NCBI GenBank assembly: GCA_963692865.2
Contig: OY843592.1
Coordinates: forward strand, 1,152,001-1,216,000
DNA from: a bacterium
GTDB taxonomy: Bacteria > UBA8248
DNA: 64,000 nt
Reading direction: 5' to 3'
In this document: positions 37,131-47,025 of the stretch, in pieces
How the letters are laid out: the number at the start of each line of letters is the position of its first letter
How positions within the stretch are numbered: position 1 is the stretch's first letter
Program-made: the position numbers and the translations under genes
The notes under the pieces: generated by a model
Databases searched by the model: none
What the model saw: only the letters and a program-made list of their open reading frames with translations
What the model was told of the DNA's origin: nothing

Positions 37131-38474
37131 ATGGTGAATAAAAGAACACATGAAATACGAGATCCCATCCATGTTTTCATCAGACTGGATTCTGATGAGA
37201 GGAAAATTCTTGATTCGCCCCCCTTTCAGCGGTTGCGCCATATCCATCAACTGGCTTTGACCTATCTTGTCTACCCGGGTGCAACCCACAAGAGGTTCGA
37301 GCATTCACTCGGCGTCATGGAGCTTGCAAGCAGGATTTATGATGTCGTGACGGAACCGGAGAATATTTATCAGGAGTCTGAATCCGTCAGGAACATGATT
37401 CCGAAGCATAGGGAGCTTGGGCATTTGAAATGGAGAAGGACGTTAAGGCTTGCGGCGTTATGCCATGACCTGGGCCATCTGCCGTTTTCCCATGCGTCCG
37501 AAGCATTGTTGCCGCAGGATTGGGATCATGAGCGCATGACGATGGAAATCATTTTGGGCGAAGAAATGGCAGGCATCTGGAAAGAAATAGACGTTCAGCC
37601 GGAGCATGTCGCGAAATTGGCGATTGGCCCTCAAAAATCGAAAGATTATATGAATGCCGATCTTGACGAATGGGAAAGTATTTTATCGGAAATCATCACG
37701 GGGGACGTGTTCGGCGCCGACAGGATGGATTATTTGCTGCGGGATTCCTATCACGCGGGGGTCGCCTACGGGAAATTCGATCATCACCGTTTGATTGACA
37801 CGATTAGGATATTGCCCAAGCAGGGAACGGATGATTCGCAAGAAACGGATATTTCGGAAGAGCCGCATCTGGGTGTCGAGGAAGGCGGATTGGAATCCGC
37901 CGAGGCATTGTTGCTTGCGCGATACTTCATGTTCTCACAAATATATTTTCACCCCGTTCGCCTTATATATGACGAGCATTTGTCGGATTTTTTGAAATCC
38001 TGGCTGGAGGGAGGGATGTTTCCGACGGATTGCCGAGGGCATTTGAAGCATACGGATAATGAAGTAATATCCGCCATGTTATCCATAGCCAAAGATAAGT
38101 CTCACCCCGCCCATTTGCATGCTGACCGAATAATTCATCGGCGGCATTTCAGAAGTATTTACAGGTCTACTGCGGAAGATAGAAAACTTTCAGGTTTCAA
38201 ACCTGGCAGGAAAATATATGAAGCTGCTTGCGAGATGTTCGGTGAGGAAAATGTGAAGCATATTGAAAGAACTCAAACGAGAAGAATCAATGATTTCCCG
38301 GTTCTCGTACAAAGGGCGAGAATTACGGGCGCGTTGAGCGAGAAAGAAACTTTCTCGGGGGTTCCGCTGGCGTCCTGTGGGCATGTTTTCATTTCATCCG
38401 AAATGAGAGGTCGAGCCGGTAACTGGCTCAGAGAAAATAGAGAGAAAATCCTTTCATCCGTTGAGGGGGGGTAG
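37131..38474 (+). CDS. HD-domain phosphohydrolase (SAMHD1/YwfO dNTPase-like)
   Basis: RDPIH, FQRLRHIHQL, YPGATHKRFEHSLG, LCHDLGHLPFSH, ADRMDYLLRD, YFHP. Confidence 0.9.
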   Translation: MVNKRTHEIRDPIHVFIRLDSDERKILDSPPFQRLRHIHQLALTYLVYPGATHKRFEHSLGVMELASRIYDVVTEPENIYQESESVRNMIPKHRELGHLKWRRTLRLAALCHDLGHLPFSHASEALLPQDWDHERMTMEIILGEEMAGIWKEIDVQPEHVAKLAIGPQKSKDYMNADLDEWESILSEIITGDVFGADRMDYLLRDSYHAGVAYGKFDHHRLIDTIRILPKQGTDDSQETDISEEPHLGVEEGGLESAEALLLARYFMFSQIYFHPVRLIYDEHLSDFLKSWLEGGMFPTDCRGHLKHTDNEVISAMLSIAKDKSHPAHLHADRIIHRRHFRSIYRSTAEDRKLSGFKPGRKIYEAACEMFGEENVKHIERTQTRRINDFPVLVQRARITGALSEKETFSGVPLASCGHVFISSEMRGRAGNWLRENREKILSSVEGG

Positions 38475-38479
38475 GAGAT

Positions 38480-39019
38480 ATGGAGCGATTGGAGAGAGCC
38501 GCTGTTTTGCTGTCTTTGGTTGAGAAACTAAAAGACGGAGACAGTTGGTGCGGGGAGACGCACGTCCAGAAGAGCACCTATTTTTTACAGAATTTATGGG
38601 GTGTCCCGCTGGACCTCGATTTCATTCTCTATAAGTATGGCCCCTTTTCTTTTGACCTGGGCGATGAAATATCCTGGATGCGGGCGAACGACGTTCTCAA
38701 ATTGCAGCCGCAGCGGCGTCCTTACGGACCGAAGATCGTGCCTGCTGAAAACGCGGAACTCTTGAAGAGAACGTATCCGAAACAAATGGAGCGGTATGCC
38801 GATGAGGTTCAAAAGGTCGCGGATGAATTCGCCTATATGGGCGTGGCGACCCTGGAGAGATACGCGACGGCGCATTACGTCTCGCAAAATTACGAAGAAG
38901 TGGGCGAAGGCGGGATCGCGGCGAAAATCGCCGAATTGAAGCCGCACATCAGCCATGTCCAGGCGGAGGAAGCCGTCGCGTTTGTTGCTCAGTTAAGAAG
39001 CGATTTGTCGGATTTGTGA
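38480..39019 (+). CDS. YwgA/DUF4065-like winged-helix partner protein
   Basis: ETHVQKSTYFLQ, FILYKYGPFSFDL, LERYAT; 5 bp downstream of the HD gene. Confidence 0.6.
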   Translation: MERLERAAVLLSLVEKLKDGDSWCGETHVQKSTYFLQNLWGVPLDLDFILYKYGPFSFDLGDEISWMRANDVLKLQPQRRPYGPKIVPAENAELLKRTYPKQMERYADEVQKVADEFAYMGVATLERYATAHYVSQNYEEVGEGGIAAKIAELKPHISHVQAEEAVAFVAQLRSDLSDL

Positions 39020-39096
39020 GTGATGCGCACTCGTCTTTTTTGACCAACAAGAATCCTTTTCTCTGCGATTAACATAAATGGCCAGCAGGCATGCCC

Positions 39097-40629
39097 TCAC
39101 TCCGGCGCCCGGCCGCTGCGCTGCGTCATGCCCAGCAGCCTTTCCCGGATTTCTCCGTTCCATGCGCCCTCGCGCATCCGCCAGACCCAGTTGCCCTGCG
39201 GGACGCCGGGGCGGTTCATGCGGCCCTCGTTGCCGAGACCCAGGACGTCCTGGGCGGGGATGACGGCGAGGGCGGCTTGGGACTTCATCGCCGCGCGGAT
39301 CATCGACCAGTGGATGTCCTCGGGTTCGCCGCCGAAGGTTCTGAGCGCCGTGGCGCGCGAGATGGCGAAGCCGGCGGGCGTCTCGTTGCGCAGAATCGGG
39401 TCCGCGCCGTGGAACCAGCCGAGAGCCGTGTCGTTGTCGTGCGTGCCGGTGTAGACCACCGCGTTCTCGGGAATGTTGTGGGGCAGATGGGGGTTGTCCG
39501 GGCTGCCGTCGAATGCGAACTGCAGGACGCGCATGCCGGGCAGGCCGAAGCGATCCCGCAGCGCGTGAACGTCGTTTCCCACCGAACCGAGATCCTCGGC
39601 GATGAGCGGCAGCGCGCCCAATTCCTCCTCCATGGCGCTGAAAAAGGCCTCCCCCGGCCCCTCGCGCCAGGCGCCGTCTTTGGGTGATTCGGCGCCCGCC
39701 GGGATCGCCCAGAAGCGCGCGAAGCCGATGAAATGATCGAGGCGCAAGGCGTCGAACCGTTCAACGTTCACGGCGAGGCGCATCTTCCACCAGACGAAAT
39801 TCTCCTCACGGTGCGCGGCCCAGTCGTAGAGGGGATTCCCCCAGTGCTGGCCATCCTGGTTGAAGTAATCGGGCGGCGCGCCCGCATAGGCGATCGGTCG
39901 GCGCGCCTCATCGAGTTCGAACAGGTGCGTCCGCGCCCATACGTCCGCCGAGTCATGGGCGACGTAGATGGGAATATCCCCGATGAGGCCGACTCCTTTC
40001 CCGGCGGCGTAGTCCTTGAGGGCGCGCCACTGGCGGTCGAAAAGAAACTGCTCGAAGCGCGTGTAGCGAACGTTTTTTTCGAACTCGGGATCATCGGGGT
40101 CATTGTGCCTTGCATCATCGGGCCATTCCCACCAGGGAGATCCGCCGAAGGCGCGCTTGAGCGCACGGAACCGCGCGTAATCGGTCAGCCAGCCGGCCTG
40201 GGCTTCGCAGAACCCGGAATACGCCGCGTCATTCGTCCCGCCGCCGTTAGAGAAGACCTCGAACGCCTCCGCGAGCAGCGATTCGTGTACCTGGAGCGTC
40301 TGGGCAGGCTCGATATCCCCATCGTCGGGCAGACGATGGTTCTCCAAATTTTCCGGGGAGAGCAGACCCTCTTCTACGAGCGCATCGAGCGATATCAGCA
40401 ACGGGTTTCCCGCAAAGGTGGATGAGGAAACGTAAGGCGAGCCCGTCTCGTCGGTGGGGCATACGGGCAGCATCTGCCACCAGCCCTGGCCGGAGGATGC
40501 GAGCAGATCGACGAACTCGAACGCTCCCGGCCCCAGATCGCCGAAGCCCGCCTCGCTCGGCAGCGAGGTGGGGTGGAGCAGGATGCCGCTCTTTCTGGCG
40601 TGAAGCGGATTCTCGGGGCTCATGTGCAA
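39097..40629 (-). CDS. malQ: 4-alpha-glucanotransferase (amylomaltase, GH77)
   Basis: GILLHPTSLP, WQMLP, GDIPIYV, GQHWGNPLY, RLDHFIGF, AEDLG, YTGTHDNDT, RMNRPG. Confidence 0.96.
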   Translation of the reverse strand: MHMSPENPLHARKSGILLHPTSLPSEAGFGDLGPGAFEFVDLLASSGQGWWQMLPVCPTDETGSPYVSSSTFAGNPLLISLDALVEEGLLSPENLENHRLPDDGDIEPAQTLQVHESLLAEAFEVFSNGGGTNDAAYSGFCEAQAGWLTDYARFRALKRAFGGSPWWEWPDDARHNDPDDPEFEKNVRYTRFEQFLFDRQWRALKDYAAGKGVGLIGDIPIYVAHDSADVWARTHLFELDEARRPIAYAGAPPDYFNQDGQHWGNPLYDWAAHREENFVWWKMRLAVNVERFDALRLDHFIGFARFWAIPAGAESPKDGAWREGPGEAFFSAMEEELGALPLIAEDLGSVGNDVHALRDRFGLPGMRVLQFAFDGSPDNPHLPHNIPENAVVYTGTHDNDTALGWFHGADPILRNETPAGFAISRATALRTFGGEPEDIHWSMIRAAMKSQAALAVIPAQDVLGLGNEGRMNRPGVPQGNWVWRMREGAWNGEIRERLLGMTQRSGRAPE

Positions 40630-40744
40630 GGCTCATCCGTTCGAAAAGCGTTTCTCGCAGTCGCTTCATCTCGCGTCGGGCGCGTCGCTTGACTGATCAT
40701 ATCGCATGGGCGGGGCGTATGTTCAAGCTCCGCCGGGTCTTGGC

Positions 40745-41845
40745 CTAGTGTCCCTCCCCGAGGGGGAGCTTCACGGCGTCGCCTGTGCGGGCCGATTCCT
40801 CCATGGCGATGGTCACCTCGAGCGTCTGGCGCGCGTCTTCCGCCGTGGCGAGGTGGCAGGGGCGCCCCGTAGACAGGTGATCCAGCCAGCTCCTGGTTTC
40901 ATCGCCGATGGGGCCGTACATGGTGTCGAGCGCCCAGTCGCCGGACGACGTGCTGCCGAGAAAGACCATCGGCAAATTGTGGTCGGGCACATAGGCGTGC
41001 GGATAGCCCTTTTCGGTGTAGAGGATATTCTCCTTGTGGTCCTCATCGAAGAGCATCACCCCGTCCGTGCCGATGACTTCCAGGCGGATGCTCTGCCCCG
41101 CCGTCGGGTACTTCGCGGGAAGCGCGTAGCAGATGCCGAGGTTTACGGTGGCGCCGTCGGCGAAGGTGATGATCGCCCAGCTCACGTCGTCCACATTGGG
41201 ATAGCCCGCCTCCTTGAAGACGAAACCGCCTCCCCGGCATATCACCTCCACCGGCGGGTTTCCCTCCATGAACCAGCACATCATGTCGACCCAGTAGGTG
41301 AGCACGTCGAGAACAGGCGTGGCGTCCGCCGAGCGCTTGAGTATCTCGAACGCCTGCGCCCTGGTGTTGAACACGCGGCCCGTCGCGCCGATGAGCCTGC
41401 CCAGGCGGCCCTCCTTGATTTGTTCTTTCCCCAGGAAATAGCGCCGCTTGTAGCGCATGATGTAGCCCACCCGGAGGTCGGTCTCGTATCTTTCCGCCGC
41501 GCTCAAGAGCCGGTCGGCGTCCTCCAGCGTCATGGCGATGGGCTTTTCCACCAGCACGGGCTTGCCGAGCTCCAAAGCCTGAAGCACCGGCTCCACGTGG
41601 GCGAACTCCGAAGTCGAGACGATGACGGCGCCCACGTCGGGATGGGAGATGACCTCCTCGTTGCTCCCGGACGCCACCTGCGCGCCCACGCGTTCGCCCA
41701 GGGCCTTCGCGCGCTCGGGTTCGGCGTCCGAAATCGCCAGAAAGCGAACGGCGGGGTGCTGCGCCGCGAGGCGCGAGCGGTGCGCGCCGATTCTTCCGGC
41801 GCCCACGACGGCTACCCCGAGTTCTTTCCTGTCGAAAAGCGTCAA
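40745..41845 (-). CDS. Gfo/Idh/MocA family oxidoreductase
   Basis: VVGAGRIG, VLVEKPIA. Confidence 0.9.
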   Translation of the reverse strand: MTLFDRKELGVAVVGAGRIGAHRSRLAAQHPAVRFLAISDAEPERAKALGERVGAQVASGSNEEVISHPDVGAVIVSTSEFAHVEPVLQALELGKPVLVEKPIAMTLEDADRLLSAAERYETDLRVGYIMRYKRRYFLGKEQIKEGRLGRLIGATGRVFNTRAQAFEILKRSADATPVLDVLTYWVDMMCWFMEGNPPVEVICRGGGFVFKEAGYPNVDDVSWAIITFADGATVNLGICYALPAKYPTAGQSIRLEVIGTDGVMLFDEDHKENILYTEKGYPHAYVPDHNLPMVFLGSTSSGDWALDTMYGPIGDETRSWLDHLSTGRPCHLATAEDARQTLEVTIAMEESARTGDAVKLPLGEGH

Positions 41846-42000
41846 CGCGGGCCTCCTGCATGATGTCGGATGGAAACGGCGCGGACATTCTACGCCGCGC
41901 GTCAGCCGCCTTCAATCGGAATGCGGGTGGTAGGGCCTCGTTTGACTGTCCGGGAATTTTCTTGCGTCTTGCCGGAATCAGGATGGACGCGCCTCAAGCC

Positions 42001-43230
42001 TCAAAGAAGCAGGCGGTCGTCCATGCGCGAGCGCGTCAGCACCTCGTGCCCCTCTTCGGTGATGAGCACCGTCTCCTCGATGCGCACGCCGCCGCCACCG
42101 GGCACGTCGGGCACCCAGATGAGCGGCTCGATGGCGAACACCATCCCCGGCTCGAGATCCACTTCTTCGGAATCGGGGTCGGGTTCCCCGATGTAGGGAG
42201 GCTCGTTGGGCGATGTGCCCACCGCGTGGCCGATGCTGAGCGAAAACCAGTTTTTTCTCAAGCCGTACTTCTCGCCCGTCTCCCAGATTCGCTCGGCCAC
42301 CTGCTTGTTCGTGAAACCGGGGCGGGTGCGATCGAGTCCCAACTGCAGCGATTCATGTACGGCCGTGTAGATTTCCTTTTGCCGTTTCGAGGGTTTTCCG
42401 CAGATCATCGTTCGGGCCACGTCGCCGAAATATCCGTTCCACTGCGCGCCGATGTCGATGAACACCAGATCGCCGCTGCGGATGATCTTGTCGCTCGCGA
42501 AACGGTAGGGCGGCGACATGTGCTCTCCCGAGGCGACGAAGGGGGAGACCAGATGCGCCATTTCGCCACCGTAGTGATGGAGCACCTTCATCGCGTCCGC
42601 CGCCACGTCGCACTCGCGCTTTCCCGCCCGCACGCTGTCCATGGCCTCCTCGTTCACGGCGTCGGCGATCGCGCAGGCCTCGCGGATCATGTAGACCTCC
42701 TCGGGCATCTTGTGACGCCGCACCTTGTGCATGAACGAATCGCCGTTCACGAACTCCACGTCGCCCAGATGCTTCTGGTAGGCGCTGAACTGGATGAACG
42801 TCATCAGGTCCAGGCCCACCCGCTTGCCGATGAGGCCGAGGTCTTCAAAGAGGGGGCGCAGCGTCTCGCGGATCATCTTGTCCACGAGGGGCTGTTCCTC
42901 CATCTTCGCGAGGTGATGGAATTTCTCTATCCAGGGCATGTCGCGCGAGACGCGGGGTATCTCGCCCCCGTTGGTCATGATGTGGGCTCTCCCCTCCCTG
43001 GGGAGGATGACGGCGTTTCTCGTTCCCTCGCGGTGCGCCAGGAAAGAAGAGCGCATGCTCGTGAGGTAGCGCACGTTTTCGACCTTCCAGAGGAAAAGTG
43101 CGTCGATATCCGCCTCGGCCATCGCCTTTTGCGCCTTGTCCACGCGCTTTTGGCGGAGTGCGCCCACGTCGACGCGTTCCTCGTAGTCGACGTTGAATTG
43201 GCCCCGCGCGAATCCCGGCATGAATTTCAT
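42001..43230 (-). CDS. M24 family (Xaa-Pro) metallopeptidase
   Basis: Metal ligands in DIGA..GYFGDVART, GHAVG, IEP, GGVRIEE; start 43230 or 43221. Confidence 0.88.
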   Translation of the reverse strand: MKFMPGFARGQFNVDYEERVDVGALRQKRVDKAQKAMAEADIDALFLWKVENVRYLTSMRSSFLAHREGTRNAVILPREGRAHIMTNGGEIPRVSRDMPWIEKFHHLAKMEEQPLVDKMIRETLRPLFEDLGLIGKRVGLDLMTFIQFSAYQKHLGDVEFVNGDSFMHKVRRHKMPEEVYMIREACAIADAVNEEAMDSVRAGKRECDVAADAMKVLHHYGGEMAHLVSPFVASGEHMSPPYRFASDKIIRSGDLVFIDIGAQWNGYFGDVARTMICGKPSKRQKEIYTAVHESLQLGLDRTRPGFTNKQVAERIWETGEKYGLRKNWFSLSIGHAVGTSPNEPPYIGEPDPDSEEVDLEPGMVFAIEPLIWVPDVPGGGGVRIEETVLITEEGHEVLTRSRMDDRLLL

Positions 43231-43316
43231 CTCCTCAGGCGAGGACGCCCTCACGCGATTATCGAAAACCGCGCGCCGCGCCGCCCCGTATGTGCTGCAT
43301 GAAAAATGAAGTGTTA

Positions 43317-43697
43317 TTAAAGTTCTTCCACCAGTTCGATCACGACGTTATCGGGCGCGATGATGAAGGCAGTACGCGAACCCAGAACGCCGTCTCCCGG
43401 TTTTTTCGTGAAGACGACGCCCGCCTTCTCCAGGCGTTGGGCCACCTCGTCGATGCCTTCGACCTGGATTCCGAAATGGTGGAGGCCGCGCCCCACCTTC
43501 GCGGTGGAATCGTCCTCGTCGGCCCTTAAGCCGCGAATGCGGATCTCCACCTCCCCGAGCATCACGCTGATGTAGGGGGAGCCGCGGTATTCGATCTCCG
43601 GCGTGAACAACTCGCCGCCGAAGTGCTTGATGTAGAAATCCGCCGCCGCCTGCGGGTCCTTGGCGACGTGGTGCACGTGATGGGTTCGTGAGGCCAC
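43317..43697 (-). CDS. VOC/glyoxalase family protein
   Basis: HHVH, FY...FG, GLHHFG, APDNVVIELVE. Confidence 0.88.
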   Translation of the reverse strand: MASRTHHVHHVAKDPQAAADFYIKHFGGELFTPEIEYRGSPYISVMLGEVEIRIRGLRADEDDSTAKVGRGLHHFGIQVEGIDEVAQRLEKAGVVFTKKPGDGVLGSRTAFIIAPDNVVIELVEEL

Positions 43698-43726
43698 CCT
43701 CTTTTCCTCCCTTGTTCTCGATGGGT

Positions 43727-45004
43727 CTAGAGGCCGTCGCCGACGGCGACGTATGCGCCGCCGGGCACGGGGTTTTCATCCTCGCTTCGCGCGCCCCACT
43801 CGCCGGTGATGGCGTACATCGCGCGCACCTTCTTCATGTTGTTTCCGCCGTCGCTGGAGAAAAGCATGTTGTGCGTGTCGCGGAACCATTTCTCCAGGAA
43901 ATTCTCGCGCTGCACGCCCTCGCCCGCGTGAATCTCCATCGCCATCTTCGTCACGTCGCAGGAGATCTCGTGCGCGAAGGCGCTGGCGGTGAGCGTCATC
44001 GGCGGGTCGACGGGAATCTCGTGGCGCATGTCCTGGCGCCACGCCGCGTAGTGCACGTAGGCGCGCGCCGCCTGGATTTTCGTGTACATGTCGACGAGCT
44101 TGATGCCGACCGACTGGTGGTGCGCGATGGGGCGTCCGCTTTGTTTGCGGTTTTGCGCGAATTCGAGCGATTTCTCATACGCCGCGCGCGCCACGCCAAT
44201 CTGGCCCGCCGCGTTGATGAGGGCGTCGCCGCGCAGGTGGCGTCTGATGTAGGAAACGCCGCAGTTCTCGGGACCCAGGCGGTATTTCGCGGGGATTATC
44301 GCGTCCTCGAAAATGATCTCCGCGTTCTGGTTCAGGCGGTAGCCCATCTTGTTGTGCACCTTGCCCATCTTCACGCCGGGCGCGTCCATGGGCACCATGA
44401 GGAGGGAAGCCCCCTGCTCGACGCCCACGTCGGGGTTCGTGCGGACGAACGTGAACATGAGCCGCGCCCAGCCGACGTTCGAGATGAAGTGCTTCTTCCC
44501 GTTCACGATGTAGTTGTCGCCGTCGAGCACGGCGGTGGTCTGGTATCCGCCGTCCGCACCGTTGTAGGGGAGCTGGTTCTCGGAACCGGATATAGGCTCG
44601 GTCGTCGCCGTGCCGATGAGGAACGTGGGGTCGCTCACGTACTCGCGCATCCAGTAGTCCGCCAGTTCCGGGTCTCCCAGAAGCTCGCTCGCGAGAATGT
44701 GGGCGATCTTCGTGGAAGATAGCATGAACCCCGTGGCGCCCCTGTCGCCCCAGGAGATCTCCTCGCCCACGATGCAGTGCGTGAGCAGATCGTCCACGCC
44801 GCCGCCCCCGTATTCCTTGGGAATGCTCATCGTTCTGAGACCCGTCTTGTCGAGTTTTTCGAGAAGGTGGGGCATGTAGGCGCAATCGAGCGGGTCTTCC
44901 TGATGGTCCAGCTCCAGGCTGATGGGCCGGATTTCATCCCGCGCGAATTCATGCGCTATTCTCTGATATTCTTTTTGCTCATCGGTCATTCGGTAGTCGT
45001 ACAT
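43727..45004 (-). CDS. Acyl-CoA dehydrogenase family protein
   Basis: TEPISGS, YIVNGKKHFISN, KMGYR, RKQSGRPI, LEKWFRD. Confidence 0.92.
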   Translation of the reverse strand: MYDYRMTDEQKEYQRIAHEFARDEIRPISLELDHQEDPLDCAYMPHLLEKLDKTGLRTMSIPKEYGGGGVDDLLTHCIVGEEISWGDRGATGFMLSSTKIAHILASELLGDPELADYWMREYVSDPTFLIGTATTEPISGSENQLPYNGADGGYQTTAVLDGDNYIVNGKKHFISNVGWARLMFTFVRTNPDVGVEQGASLLMVPMDAPGVKMGKVHNKMGYRLNQNAEIIFEDAIIPAKYRLGPENCGVSYIRRHLRGDALINAAGQIGVARAAYEKSLEFAQNRKQSGRPIAHHQSVGIKLVDMYTKIQAARAYVHYAAWRQDMRHEIPVDPPMTLTASAFAHEISCDVTKMAMEIHAGEGVQRENFLEKWFRDTHNMLFSSDGGNNMKKVRAMYAITGEWGARSEDENPVPGGAYVAVGDGL

Positions 45005-45058
45005 CGGTCTCCTTCCTTCCAGTGATGGGCGGGTCTACCCCGCCGGAGCCATTCGCGC

Positions 45059-46090
45059 CTAGTCGACTTCTTCTAGCACCTCCGCCACTTCCACGGGCTC
45101 GCCGCGCTCCCATGAGCGCATGGCCGCCCACACGGCGCCCAGAACGTGGAGTCCTTCCGCGCCGCCCACCTCGGGCGGGCGGTTATCCCGGACGGCGCCT
45201 GCGAAATCCTTGAACTCTTCTATCAGGTAATCCTGCCTGGGGTATTCCTCATAAGGGATCTCTTCGCGCTTCTCCCCGTCTTTGCGCAGGATTTTGATGC
45301 CCTCCCATCTGTCGTGGTAGAGGTTCGCCTCATCCCCGTAGGCGTTCATGAAATAGGTGTAACGCCCGTTCGGCGTGCGCGGGCTGATGAAGCTCGTCCC
45401 CAGCGTGCCGAGCAGGCCGGATTCGAATTCGAACCACACGACGCTCACGTCGGGAATTTCCGATTTTGTCTTTATTTTGCTGAACGCCGCGGACGCGCGC
45501 TTTATCGGCCCGTAGAGATAGAGCAGGTTGTCCACCTGGTGTATGGCCACCTGGAGCAGCGGGCCGCCGGGGGAGCCTTCCGCGTACCATTGCCAGTTGT
45601 CCGGCGTGTAGTGAAGCCCCCGGTCGTTCGAGTAATTGGTCTCGGCCATCGCCAGGGTGCCGATGGTTCCCTCATCAAGCAGTTGTTTGAAGAGGCGATG
45701 GCCCCTGAGCCATCTCGAACTCGCGCCCACCGCCAGGGTGACGCCGGCGTCCTCACACGCGCGGATCATCTTCTTGGCATCCGGGATGGAGGCGGCGATC
45801 GGCTTGTCGACGAGCACGTGCTTCCCCTGCTCGGCGGCCGCCATGGCGAGTTCGGCGTGCTTGTTGTTGGGCGCCGCGATGACCACGGCGTCCACCTCGG
45901 GGTGGCGCACAACCGCCTCGTAGCTCTCCTCCTCCCCGCAGGAGAATTTTTCGGTGAATGCCCGGCGTTTTTCGGGCGTTCTGGTGAAGCACGTGGTGAT
46001 TTTCATCCCGGGCGTTCTTTCGATATAGGACGCCAGGGTGTTGCCCCAGCGGCCCAGCCCGACCACGGCCACCTTGAGTGGATCGCTCAT
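45059..46090 (-). CDS. Gfo/Idh/MocA family oxidoreductase
   Basis: VVGLGRWG, GKHVLVDKPIA, GGPLLQVAIHQVD; start MSDPLK. Confidence 0.9.
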   Translation of the reverse strand: MSDPLKVAVVGLGRWGNTLASYIERTPGMKITTCFTRTPEKRRAFTEKFSCGEEESYEAVVRHPEVDAVVIAAPNNKHAELAMAAAEQGKHVLVDKPIAASIPDAKKMIRACEDAGVTLAVGASSRWLRGHRLFKQLLDEGTIGTLAMAETNYSNDRGLHYTPDNWQWYAEGSPGGPLLQVAIHQVDNLLYLYGPIKRASAAFSKIKTKSEIPDVSVVWFEFESGLLGTLGTSFISPRTPNGRYTYFMNAYGDEANLYHDRWEGIKILRKDGEKREEIPYEEYPRQDYLIEEFKDFAGAVRDNRPPEVGGAEGLHVLGAVWAAMRSWERGEPVEVAEVLEEVD

Positions 46091-46119
46091 CAAATTTCTC
46101 TCCTCATTCCGTAACGAAC

Positions 46120-47025
46120 TCACAACGATTTCAAACGCGGGTCCAGCACGTTTCTCAGCCAGTCGCCCACCAGGTTCGCTCCCAGAACCGTCACCGTAAT
46201 CGCCAGACCGGGCAGGGTGACGACCCACCAGGAGGTGTAGAGGTGCACCTTTCCGTCGCTGAGCAGACCGCCCCAGGTGGGCGTGGGCGGCGGCACGCCG
46301 AGGCCCAGAAAGCTCAGGCCCGCCTCGATGATGATCATCCGCCCCAGATAGAGCGACGCGATGATGATGACGGGCGCGAGGACGTTCGGGAGAATGTGGC
46401 GGACGATGATGCGGAGATGGCTACCGCCGATGCTCCGCGCCGCCTGGACGAACTCCTGCTCGCGCAGCGTGAGCACCTCGCCGCGCACGACGCGGGCGTA
46501 GATAACCCAGATGCGCATCGACATCACGAGTATCAACACGACCAAGCTCGGCCCGACGATGGCGATGGTCGCCAGCGCCAGAAGAATGAACGGGAACGAG
46601 AGCACCAGGTCCACGAGCCGCATGAGCAGAAAATCCACCTTCCCGCCGAAATAACCCGCCACCAGCCCCACGCAAAGACCGAAACATCCCGTGAGCAAAA
46701 CGGCGAAGAACCCCACCAGCAGGGAGATGCGCGCGCCGTAGATGAGCCTGCTCAGAAAATCCCGCCCCAGATGGTCCGTGCCGAGCAGATAGATTTGCCG
46801 GCCGTCCGACCACATGGGCGGCTTCAAGTTTCTGTCCAGCAGTTGCGCCTGGGGGTCCATGGGCGCGAGCAGCGGCGCGAAGACGGCCATCACCACCACG
46901 GATATCAGGATGACGCAGCCCAGGAGCGCCGATTTATCCTTCCACAGGGACGCCCATATCCTCGGGCGCTCGGGGAGTTCCTCGATCTCCACGGAATCCT
47001 GAAAGGTGAGCGCTTGTTCTCTCAT
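46120..47025 (-). CDS. Peptide/nickel ABC transporter permease (DppC/OppC-like)
   Basis: LGTDHLGRD, GARISL, EFVQAARSIG (EAA), RHILPN, EAGLSFLGLG; ATG overlaps the upstream stop (ATGA). Confidence 0.93.
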   Translation of the reverse strand: MREQALTFQDSVEIEELPERPRIWASLWKDKSALLGCVILISVVVMAVFAPLLAPMDPQAQLLDRNLKPPMWSDGRQIYLLGTDHLGRDFLSRLIYGARISLLVGFFAVLLTGCFGLCVGLVAGYFGGKVDFLLMRLVDLVLSFPFILLALATIAIVGPSLVVLILVMSMRIWVIYARVVRGEVLTLREQEFVQAARSIGGSHLRIIVRHILPNVLAPVIIIASLYLGRMIIIEAGLSFLGLGVPPPTPTWGGLLSDGKVHLYTSWWVVTLPGLAITVTVLGANLVGDWLRNVLDPRLKSL

